A DNA stretch of 64,000 nt, taken from NCBI RefSeq assembly GCF_000002075.1, contig NW_004797602.1:265823-329822 (forward strand), written 5' to 3'. The position numbers and the translations under genes are program-made. Numbering within the stretch: position 1 is the stretch's first letter; every line of letters begins with the position of its first letter. Under the pieces are notes generated by a model. The model searched no databases. It saw only the letters and a program-made list of their open reading frames with translations, and had not been told where the DNA came from. Shown here in pieces: positions 1-11,600 of this stretch. The stretch comes from Aplysia californica (lineage: Eukaryota).

Positions 1-888
1 GGGGGTTGTAATTTACTGTTATCCAAAATGCGTTATAAGAACGTCAATTGAGTTGGCGCATCTTGTAAAAACCTAATACCACACAATCTACAATGCGCCC
101 AATAGGCGTTCAATAGATTCGCCATATTATATTAATTCTTCGAAAAGGCGTAGCGGAGTATATAATATGTGGAGTACTGTAATCGGTTCTTTTCAGAGTG
201 AATAGTGTGAACTAGTGAGCGTATGGGTTTATAAGCTTTTCGAAACTGTTAGTGTTAGCGAGTGTAATGTAACAACCGTCTCCAATAGAGCCGGGCCAAG
301 GTTGAGTCTTGAAAACTCCACAAAACGACCTGACATTTAAAAAAAGGTACAGGTGAGATTTGAATCAGGACCATCCGCTTCATAGGAGAACTTGTGCAAT
401 GTAGTACACTAAATCTAAATGTATGTAACGCATTGGGGAGCATTTAGACGCCACAACTGTTTCTTTAATTGGTTGTCACTTTTCGGTTACAAGTTACAAT
501 GAATGAACTACATCTACAAACACTGAAACGTGAAGGCTTGGCCTATACGTTCCTCCTCTTTTCCCGAAAACTGTTTGAACCCACAAAACCGAACATTTAA
601 TGTCAATTACGACTACTGATTGGTGATGAGTGTTCTGATATGATGTTCATTTTTTTACTTCTCTACTTACAAAGCTAGGCCTGTTATGTAGCCTAGAGCT
701 ATCATCAGCTTGTTTTAGTAGAGAGCACGTGCGCGTTCATAATAATGATCTTATATATTTATGCTGTGCGAGCGCTGTAAAATGTTTACCAAACGCAACA
801 GAGAGCACCGCGACACAATAACTGGCATTTTAGTGTATGGGAGAAGTAGGGTGCAGACTGAGACAATAGAGCGGAAAAATTTACTATA

Positions 889-1830
889 CAGTAGTCTCCG
901 CCTAAGATCCCCCCGAATACGATCCCGGTTCGCTTAAGATCCCGCTGTTTTAAGAAAACAGAATTTTTACTGTACAAAAGTCACCCCTAAGATCCCGCTC
1001 TGATTCACTCTGAAGGTCTACATTCGGCTTAGATCCCGCATTTTGGATCATAATTTTCGGAACAAAAACCCGGGCGGGCACAGCCGATCAACCAAGTGTG
1101 AAAAGTTGAGATCAATGAACTGTCCGTAGCGTCCAAGATCAGCCCCTATCGTCAATGTGATCACATACATGATGTTGAAAAACTCGATGAAGCGATACAA
1201 TGTGTGCCCCAGACAGGATCACACCGAGGTGTGAACTGACCGACTCGTTTATTTCCCCCACACATCGCACTCACACCTGAGCTCTCCCCATAAACTTACA
1301 TCACTCGCTGGGTGGGTAGGGCCTTCACGTTCGCTCCAGGCGGGATCACATCGAACTGTGAATTCTCCTTGACCAGTGCAGCAGTTGTCTCTACTCCCGA
1401 ATTTGCGAGACAGACTGACTTTTAATTTGTGTGTTCACAACGCAATGGTATGTAACGACAAAGGCTGTTGGGGAGGGGGGACCGCGGTCAGAGATGGAAA
1501 GCTATACGTTTTCGACAGGTTAAGGGGAGGGGCAACTAGTTAAACGTAGATCTTGAGACTCACGAAAGGATAATAAGTGAAAATGGCACGCCCCATGCCA
1601 CTATGCGCTGTGATAGGTCATCAAGGTTAACCACTCTTTGCTCGCCATATGTCATAAACCCACCAAGGTTTCACGTCAGTTCATTTTAGAGTGGAGGGAG
1701 ACCATTTTACCGATTGTGAGCCTTAACATGGGTCATCGTGGATTCTTCAAAGGGTTCGTCCGTTAACATCCCGGTTCGCCTAAGATCCCGCATTTCCTTG
1801 CTCCCGAGCACCGGGATCTTAGGCGGAGTA
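889..1830 (+). mobile_element. Non-autonomous Tc1/mariner-superfamily MITE, family A, copy 1
   Basis: TA|CAGTAGTCTCCGCCTAAGATCCC ... GGGATCTTAGGCGGAG TIRs; subterminal AAGATCCCG repeats; colinear with the copies at ~11500 and 61922. Confidence 0.85.
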
Positions 1831-4667
1831 ATACACTAGGATCTTTCACGGGCGCCACCCAGCCACCCACTTTCGTGATCTGTGTCAGGAGAAAGTTACG
1901 ACGCCTAAAGACGCTTAGCAAAGACCACACAAAAGATGTGTTTTTAACATATCATAGTATTATACTCACTACATCTGGCATGTCAGTTGCTTCACTAGCC
2001 ACTTCAGCTTCGGTGATAAGACAAGCGTAGACCATTGTCAGAATACTAAAATAATATTGTCAGAAAAGATGAACAACTTCTTGAACGTGAACTGAGTAGG
2101 CGCATTGCGTAAAATCTAATACATGAACGATATCTTGTACAATAATAAAACGGACCGAATTTTACCAAATTTCACACATATAACAAGCATAGTAAGGAGT
2201 CTTAAAATCCGCAATCAAATTTGAGAAAAAAGTTTCGTTTACATGGATACGCCGCCATATTGGATTTTATTGACATGTCTTACGTAATGAATACCGCACT
2301 TATCGCTCATGGAAATTGATTGTTTATTTGCATGCGTGTTCACAAACATTAAATCTAAAAATTTTGCTGTTGTTTTTTTTCCTAATCGAATTAGAACATT
2401 TTTAATGAATATTTTCCTGAGGTAGCATTCAAGTTTGCGAAAAATCCGTGAAAATCCACACTCCAGACACTACCAACAGAAATCTATTCCATATATCAAA
2501 AATTCAACAGACACATTTTTAGTATTACCTCTTCTCTTCATTCGGTGAAAATTTCATGAAGATTGGACGACAAATGGTGGAGTTATTCAAAAAAGTATAG
2601 AGGAAAGTCGCATTTTGAGAAAACGGCCGATAAAGAAAAATAAATTACTGACTTTATGAGGAAATGGCGGTTACAAACATGCCCGGTACGGGGAAAAATA
2701 CGGTTTTGGGGGGTTCTTATGCCATGAAATAGTTGTAGGAGAGGCTGAGGAAGCTAAATATGCCTACAGCTCAAATGCTAAATATGCCTACAGCTCAAAT
2801 TCCATGATTTTGAGCCGAATTTTGATTTTTGGGGTAGCCCCCCCCCCCTCCCCCCCCCCCCCCCTTAATCATCCAGTGCCAGATCTGTGACAGACATCGG
2901 CGATCATGGAGCCAAATTGTTACTATTGAACATACATTGTATATTCTGTTCTTCGTTGAGCAAGTGATTCGAAATAGTAATCTAGATTATACACTAGACT
3001 AATCAGAAGGGAAAAGAAAACAGAGAACGTAACGCACGTTTTGATAGCGTTTCGATTGGTTCCATATATCGGAAAGTGATATTTGATTTTAAGATTGCCG
3101 CCGTTCGTGTTTTAAGTGTCATTATAGTAACACCACACCTCAGTAGGGGCCTATTCAATAGACTGATGCAAGTGCAATATAATATCTCAGGTCATCAACC
3201 TTAAGTAACAAGCAAGTCATGCCAGATGTAAAGTTTAAATGTTTTGGAAAAGGAGCGTTTTTCCATTCTGAGCCCAACGTTTGAAATACCATCCCACATA
3301 GAACCAGGCAAGCGGCAACTATGACCCAATTTAGAACGAGTCCGAAGAATTATCTTTGTAACAGCACATGTGATCTAAACCATTTGTGATCACATTTTAT
3401 TATTATTGTCATCTCCTATCACATACGTGTCCTAATATTTTTAACAATTATTTAATCTGGGGTGACTACTCATGATACATTTTTATTAATGTAATGACAT
3501 TTTGTAACCATAGATTCGAGCATTTTTATTCGCTTTAATCGGACGAATAGACCTTTTAAAAAAATAATAATCATGGGTTTCATGTTTTTTTAAAACATGT
3601 CGAACAGTATATTTATGTATGTGCTGATTTGAATTTAATGTCCATTTATGCCTGTTTTTTTGGGTTTTTTTATTCGTTGTGAATTTTCATCAATAGGCTG
3701 GATACAAATTACATCTCGAACCGTAGCGTATTTTTTTTTTCAGCGTAAAAAAATAATTCTCGATTGCACGCGTGTCTGCTTTGCTTATTTCATTGTAATG
3801 CTCATAAAGCACCCCGTCGAGATGAAAACAAGCAGTAGGCCTATAGGCCTACATGTAAATGCAGTTTATTGGCACAGTATTATAGTTTTGTCAGTCCCTG
3901 TCCGTATAACAGATACACCTATCTAAGATCACTATAAGATTAGAAAACTCGCATGGGACTGAATTGTATCATAATGGCAATTTATAGGTATTTCGTAAAA
4001 CTTGGTATTTTTATTACATCCCCATCGATACCATTCAGATCACGATCAGGAGGCGTGAGTTTGCTTTCCTGGCCAGGGATAGGCCTACAGTAGGTTCCAG
4101 GCAGACATATACATGTACTAGTAGATATTAAAAAATAAACAAAACAAAAACATGTAGATCTATATTCATCATCCAGGAATCAGACTCTCGCCTGCGACAT
4201 TTCAAGGAGTCTATACATCGCTTCTACACGGATACGCTGCAGGTATAACCAATGGCGTTATGTGGATTATAAAGAGAGTGGGGCTTGCCGTGGCCATTAA
4301 CTCTTACATGCGATCGCTCAGATAACAATAACAGTGGAGGGGAAATAACTGAAACGCCATCCAGACACGCATTCTATAAGAAAACAACATGTCAACATGA
4401 AAGAAAATGTAAATGATTCAAAAGTATAATAAATCGTCGGCGCCCCCCCCCCTCTCTCATTCCATTTTCAAGGAAGAAAACACACCTTACAAAAAATTTG
4501 TGATTTCCGCTAATTGTTATTTTAGTTGTTCTATCTTTTTCTCCCTCTCGCTTCGGTTGCCAAATTAAAAACACAAAGACCTCAAAGACTTAAAGCATAT
4601 AGGGCCTTTATTGGTCCCCAATGAGACTTAAATAGTACTAATTTTATAGCGTTACTGTTTGTCGTTT

Positions 4668-4935
4668 TAGAAGAGGTTTTACAGCGTTCGCAAATGCATA
4701 AGGTCGTATGAGCGCCACGGGAAATGTCAACAGAGAAGTCCTTACAGTTATATACAGACAGGGAGTCAGGCTTACTCTGCTTACCCATCTAGCTTCAACA
4801 GCACAAAGTCAGCTTCGACTACCAAGGCACCCCAGAAGTAGCGGGTCACAAGAGTGTGACAAACACACAAAAGAAGTAAAGGAAACATGACAATAGTAGT
4901 GATTAGGAAAGAAAAAGCAGCAGTTCCCTGTTGCA
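4668..4935 (-). mobile_element. Retroelement 3'-end fragment, family B (antisense to KSR, upstream of the gene)
   Basis: Reverse complement of the sequences at ~21040-21290 and ~44420-44615. Confidence 0.75.
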
Positions 4936-5192
4936 GGACATTGATGAATCGGCCCATTTACAATTACAATTCTAATGTGCATAAGAATATGCCTAAGACA
5001 CTTCAGTTCATCAGTAGCACCGCTTCGGGGGATAATAACATTATTGAGTCAAACAGAAATCTACCAAAACAAGTGCATGGTATTCTGTCCTGTAATCGTT
5101 TAAAAAGAAAGTTTTGCTTCGTTGTTTCTATACTTTACATAAATCAAAGAGCGCTGCTTCTCAATATCTATTATCAGTTTCACGGTCATCTA

Positions 5193-5875
5193 TAATGCGG
5201 TCAAAAATTCGTGGCGCAACTTATCCTCAAATATCTCTCTAACGATACTGTCACTCATGTTTTGCACAGCAGTTTGTATAATTTTGTATTCAGATTTTTC
5301 CATAACAACTGAGGCTAGATTAAAAAACTTTTCTTCATAAATCTATATTATATATTATAAAATACCATAAATCTCCATCATGCGGAAATTGCGCTCACAG
5401 CTTTTTTTCTCTCACGCATTTTACTTACGCATAGCATGGCAAACGCCATAGCCTAGAACTAGACCTTTTCAGTCTGAGAAAGCAGGCCATCTCATCAATG
5501 AGACTTTTTAGAGGGAAAACTATTTACAAGAAATTCATTTTACAATGAACACAATTTTAGCACGAAAGGTACTCAAACATGCGTTCAAAAAGCATAATTA
5601 TGTCGCGATTAGTAAAAAATGATGGACTTGTTTTTTTAAAACGCTATATTGCCACACCTGTAAACTTTTTTGAATCTGCAAAAACCATCGACTGGGTTTT
5701 TGTTAAAATTAGCATTTGTAATTGTCTAGAATACAGTGTGCAGGTGTTTAAATAAATATTCATCAGTTAAGACAAATTGATAGATATAAGTCACTGCGCA
5801 AAAGTTGGATACCTTCTATGTTCAATTGTTAAAGGAGATGACAATAAGTTGAGCCACGAATTTTTGACCGCACAA
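5193..5875. mobile_element. TA-flanked MITE with ~30-bp TIRs
   Basis: tgcggtcaaaaattcgtggcgcaacttat at ~5196 and its inverted copy ataagttgagccacgaatttttgaccgca at ~5844-5872; TA on both sides. Confidence 0.75.
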
Positions 5876-6319
5876 TAGATAGAGGCCAAAGTTGACGAAG
5901 CCGTTGTTGGGAACGCGTCCATTTCTCATGGAGAGGGGTAACCTAACGAAAGGTCCTGGATTAAATAACAAAGAATAAAAAAACCTACAAAAACCAATAA
6001 CAACAATTCTTGATCGTTTTTGCTCACAGTCACAATCACTCAAATGCAGTCAAACGTTATTTTCTAAACTGAAATTTATTGTCGCAAGGAAATATACAAG
6101 AATGACTTTTAAAGGATATATCGATATCAGAAGACAACAACGAACGAGCACATTTTTTCCGGAGGGCAGGGGGGGGGGCAGACTGTAATCCTGAAGTGCT
6201 TTGTCATTACATTTTAGGAAATTCGCTTTCGCAAGTGCGGGCTGGATTAATAATAAGCTTGCATTGTACTGGCCACCGAAGGCCTAGGCCTACATTATTA
6301 TGATTTGGAACCAACAAAG

Positions 6320-7107
6320 ATAAAACCGGAAATATAAAATCTTTGCTTTGATTTTGTTTGGCACTGCGCATGCGGCAATTAGGGAAGTTTTTGACAATAC
6401 TGAGAATCGAGTACAGAAAGAAATTATTTTTATGGCCAGTTTTGAAGTATCGAGTTTTATCGACTAAACAATATTTTGCTCGATTAATTTCCCTTTAAAA
6501 AAAATCCTATCATTGGTTTTCCTCTCATCCCGAAAACACACATAATATGTACATGTACATTGAATTGGACATGTTCCAGTATCAAACTTTATATGTTGGC
6601 AATTACCTGAAGAAGCTACAATTTCATTTTGTCTATAATTTACGATTGAAATTATTGTACTGCCTGCGGAATTTCAAGTCAGGAAATGTCAGCATTTTAA
6701 AGGAAAGGCGAAGAAAGCATTATTCTAATTTACACTTGTTTTATAAACGGAACTCACTTTTTTACTTTGATAAAACCCAAAATAGATACAATTAAAAATA
6801 CTAGCCTATGGTAAAAAAAAACACAACAAAAATACCCTCCCCCCCGAGAATGTGGGTGTTCGCGACAAAACTCGAACTTGAATGCATTAATGAAACTTCA
6901 TTTATAAGCTCGAATACACAGTATCGACAAACTCCGACACCACTACTACTGTGCGCTTTCAATATGGCGGAGCTCGGGAAGCTGCTAGTCTTGGACGATA
7001 TAAACAGACACTCAGTGGGCTTCCTTTTGTAAACCATGATACCGTAGTGTTGCTGCTGTTAGCTTAAAGCATGTATATACCTAGTTGTAGGTGTTGAGTA
7101 CTCCGAA
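6320..7107 (+). promoter_or_regulatory. Putative KSR promoter / 5' leader
   Basis: ACCGGAAAT (ETS-like, ~6325), TGCGCATGCG (NRF1-like, ~6365) and AATATGGCGG (YY1-like, 6961-6970) in CpG-containing sequence upstream of the ATG. The TSS cannot be determined from sequence. Confidence 0.45.
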
Positions 7108-7269
7108 ATGTCTTCAGAAGCAGACCTTGAGAAGGCTATTCGTGATGCTACGAAGACTTGCACAACCAATCAGTCAATGATAGTTTTCACGTCCAAACAT
7201 CTGGACGAATTGAGGACACAATGCGCATCAACGGATAAAATAACACAGATAGAAATAAAAGATGCGGAA
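7108..7269 (+). CDS. KSR: KSR exon 1 (CA1 coiled-coil: MSSEADLEK...[20 protein letters not shown])
   Basis: ATG at 7108; donor GTAAGT at 7270; phase 0. Confidence 0.93.
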
Positions 7270-8616
7270 GTAAGTATCAAGTTAACTCCCCATGTATTTT
7301 TGGAACAGCCAGGGTGTGAATTTCATTTTGTTTTACTTCAGATAAGTGATCTCTCTGAGCCTCCTGTGGGTCTGAAATCTAGATTACTACCTGATCTCTA
7401 AACTACTGACACTGTACTGTTGTTGGACCAGGAATGTGTACCACAGACTGAATTGGGGGAAGCCCAAGACTCATGTTCTTGTCTTTTTAGAATAAAAAAT
7501 GCATCTATATATCTAGATCTAGATTCTAGATTTCTCACTTCTTGAGTGATTACACAACTGATATATTTGAACTGAATGAATGGTAACCGGTCATTTTGTC
7601 ACACGTTCATCACGTCATCACGTAGCATGGTATAGATCTAGATCTAGATCTAGATTATTAGATCTACCTACTGAGTATCACTGATTATCATGGTAGCGTC
7701 AATTGCCACCGAGTGACGCGGTGGCAGTTGACAAAATTGACTTTTTGTCAATTGCCACCGAGTGAAGCGGCGTCAAGTCTGAAAACAACACTATCTTTAG
7801 CTTTATACATAATGTGTGTCTAATGGGTCAATTTGTTCTCAACTAATTTCATTGGAAGAGCATCTATTCTAGAGCTACGGTACCATCTTGGAGTGTTTTC
7901 AGTGAGACGTAGGCCTAGATCTAGGCTAGCCTTAGCCTACACATTGGTGGTGTAGAACCAACACAGGCAATTCTAGAAGTAGAAGGTCACAAACGCGCAC
8001 AAACTGAAGCAGAAATTCACGTTATATCGGGGAACAAAATCGGNNNNNNNNNNNNNNNNNNNNNNNNNNNNNNNNNNNNNNNNNNNNNNNNNNNNNNNNN
8101 NNNNNNNNNNNNNNNNNNNNNNNNNNNNNNNNNNNNNNNNNNNNNNNNNNNNNNNNNNNNNNNNNNNNNNNNNNNNNNNNNNNNNNNNNNNNNNNNNNNN
8201 NNNNNNNNNNNNNNNNNNNNNNNNNNNNNNNNNNNNNNNNNNNNNNNNNNNNNNNNNNNNNNNNNNNNNNNNNNNNNNNNNCCGAGCACTCGAGCATAAT
8301 AAGCTAGATCTACCCACCAACGCAAAAGAGCTCCAATTTACTCGGTGGCAATTGACAAAAAAGTCAATTTTTGTCAATTGCCACCGCGTCACTCGGTGGC
8401 AATTGACACTACCGATTATCATCGCATATCACTAAATATATCACCACACATCGCTTAGTCTCACAGCATACCGCTAAATATCACAGCTCATCACTAATAA
8501 ATATCACTGCATATCACCAATTATCTGGTGTGTGTGTGTGTCTGTCTGTCTCTTGACTCACTCTTTCTCTCTGTGTCTACACTGTGTGTGTTTCCCTCTG
8601 TCCCTGTCTCTCTCTG

Positions 8617-8676
<60 letters not shown>

Positions 8677-11600
8677 ACATTAGTAAATGAGGAAAGAAGA
8701 AGAAATGCCTTCCAAAAGCTATTTTTATAAAACGAACTTCCTTTAACGCTTGTCCTGTGTCTGTGCTGAGATGCGAATCTTATCAGTAACCGATTAAGTC
8801 AGACAGGCCGCTGGGGTCACTCAGTGTGTACTGTTACTGTTAGTGTACAGCGCGCACGCCGGGAAACGTGTGTTTTCCCCATGAATACCTTGGGAGTTTG
8901 TTAATCGATGATGAAAATAACACTCCTTTCATAGCTTTCTATTTATAAAGTGTTACAAACACATGAATAACCCCCTCTCACAAGCTGACAAGACATTACA
9001 AGTAGTTACGCCCATGCCATTCGAATAACCTTTCTAGACGCTCTTGTTGTTATGAACGACCTCAGGTTCGAAAGGGGATGAGGTCATTTTCCGAATGTTT
9101 TGCACTCAAATTGTTCTTTGTACCTGCACAATGGTATTCAAAACTATCAAACAAGCTTTTATTTTTTATCTGGTAGTATCATTTCATACAAAATCAAGCT
9201 CATTTGAAAGATTTTGTATAGAAAAAGGGAAGTCTTGTTTCCTGACTATCCTTTTGAGCTCCTCATGTCCAAGTATGTCGATTTCTTCTATAATTTCATT
9301 GGACGAACATCTAGAGCTACCAACTTGGCGTGTTTTGAATGAGATGTATGCCTCGCATAGGTTCTAGAAGAAGGCCACAAACGCACACAAACTCAAGCAG
9401 ACTGACGCACACACACTTGACCTGCGTTAATGGGGATCAGACTCGGGACCCGAATTTCTCGTAAGGTAATGCGTGGTGCGCGTGCGCTGAGCCAGGGGCT
9501 ACGCTGACTCGGGACCAGAACGAAGGCGAGGTGCCGAAATAGGCTTATCGGGCGACATAAACCCGGCCCCCGCAGGATGAGGGTTAAGATTTAGGAACAA
9601 ATTCTTTTATTCTAATAGAATTGCTCCTAGTTGGAACAAATTGACGCAAACAATCAAAAAAGCCATAAATTAAGCATTCACCCCGATATTTAGTGATATT
9701 TGGCACAATGTGCGGTGTTTAGTGATGTGCGGTAATTATATCATACGTCATCTCGTCACACCCCAATTATTTGTGATGAAACGACTTCGCTTATTTCTCT
9801 CCAAAATTGTTATGTAAGTAGATGAGCTTTGGAGGATCAGCCTAAAGCTTTTTTTGAAGTTTATATATATAAATTATTAATGTAAATTAAATCTTCTCGT
9901 CTAAACTGTTCTATAGAGCAGCTAGCTGAACAATAGTTTTTGAAATAAGGCAAAAACAATGTGTGGTAAAGAGTTAATAGTAAGGCTTTATTTTAAAGTA
10001 AGGATCTAGCTTTTAGCAAAATTGCAGTACCATACACTTTTATTAGCTATTTTATTTTTAACAAAACTAATATTATGATCTTGCCAATCACACCTTTCAT
10101 CAATAATACTTAAGAACTTTGTTGATCTGACTCGAACACAGGCCTACATATAAATTTTTGAGCGGTGTAGCTGATCAGGCAGGCTCGACGACTCGCACAG
10201 CCCCAACCCTCCTCCAAAAATCGTGATTTGCGATTGCCACGAAAATGCGCGCTTGATGTTTGCAAGTGTGCTACGAAATGGTAACCGGTCATTGACTTCG
10301 CTATAAATCTCCAATATTGTTATGCAAGTAGAGTTTTGGAGGATCAACCTAAAGCTTTTTTTGAAGTTATATATATATAATTAAGGAAGTGCCCATTTGC
10401 AACACGATTAGCGCCAGTGCTAAATAAAACGCTGGGTGTTATATAATATATAAATCTTAACCTACCTTTCGTTGTTGAAGTTCTGGTAGCCGAATGGACA
10501 GCGCGTCTGCGTTTGAAGACCAATATTTTATGAGCGTGGGAACGAATCCCGGTCCTGGAAGTTTTTTTGTTTTTTTTTATCGTCTCCTCTTCTCGACTGA
10601 CCAACAATTTTTTCCCATAATTATAACTTGTTGCTTTGTAGTTTTTTTATGTAGTGATGAAGCATGCGCATTCTGGTTTTGTCCCCATGAGGAGCATTTA
10701 CCTACAAAGTAGTCCTATACTTTTCTTTTTACTAATTTAGGCCTGATTAAAGTTCAATAGTGGCTTTCCTTGGTCTGTGAGTCTAATTTTTCTGTTTTAA
10801 TTTTAGGCTCAGGAGAAGAAAAAAAACCTTCTGGGACCGGGATTCGATGCCACACTTGGAAGCACTGAACATTGGAGAACGTAGACAGCTGTTTTGATTG
10901 TTGTGAAAATTTCCATTTGTCAAGCTTTACCTGTCAGCTTGTTTCACGGATCGAAGCGTGCGTTTAAGAGGAAGTGAACATGTGTTTGTGCTTCTATTTA
11001 TATAGTAAAAAAAAAAAATCAGTTTTGTGAAGAAAGCATGTGTTTGAGCGGAGCGTGCTTTGTAGGGCGTGAGTTTAGGCGGAGACTATATATGGCTCTT
11101 TTCATCTCAATGCAGACGGTCAATTTAGCTTGAGATGGTCTCAAGGTTGTCTTCATGCAGTTTCTTTCATGGCTAATTCCTCCTATGTTTGAAGGGCAGA
11201 TTCTGTCGCAGTGCTTGCATGTCAGTGAGGTGGATCGAAGCTCTGTATTTCCACTGTTTTCTTTTCGTCGTTGGCGCATCTCAGCTGTTTCTTCCCTGAT
11301 GCTAACATCCATCTGAGCTAGTTGTAACGGAGTACAAGTACTTGTACTTATGTTACAATTTTCGGTACTTTTTCTGTACTTTGGTACATTTTGAGAACCA
11401 GTACTTTTACTCTACTCCGATACTTTTTATAAAAGTACTTTTGAGTATTTTTAAAGTACATTTTGAGTACTTTTGAAGCTAATTGAAAGGGTAAGTGCCG
11501 GCATTTCTGATCATAATTTCCAGAACAAACATCCGGGCGGGCACAGCCGATCAACCGAGAGTAAAAAGTTGAGATCAAAGATCTGCCCGTCCCCTCAAGG

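Noticed and set aside
2200-2868. Kolobok-like element ending CCCCTTAA
   Set aside because: No matching left terminus could be identified.
5813-5922. Minus-strand open frame MDAFPTTASSTLASIYCAVKNSWLNLL... ending near a GT, as a divergent gene's first exon
   Set aside because: It runs through the TIR of the 5193-5875 MITE, shows no recognisable homology, and I found no downstream exons.
11330-11480. CRISPR-like or other regularly spaced repeat array (also the AAGATCCC and TAAGCAC arrays)
   Set aside because: Irregular short motifs at transposon subtermini in a eukaryotic intron; no repeat-spacer periodicity and no cas genes.
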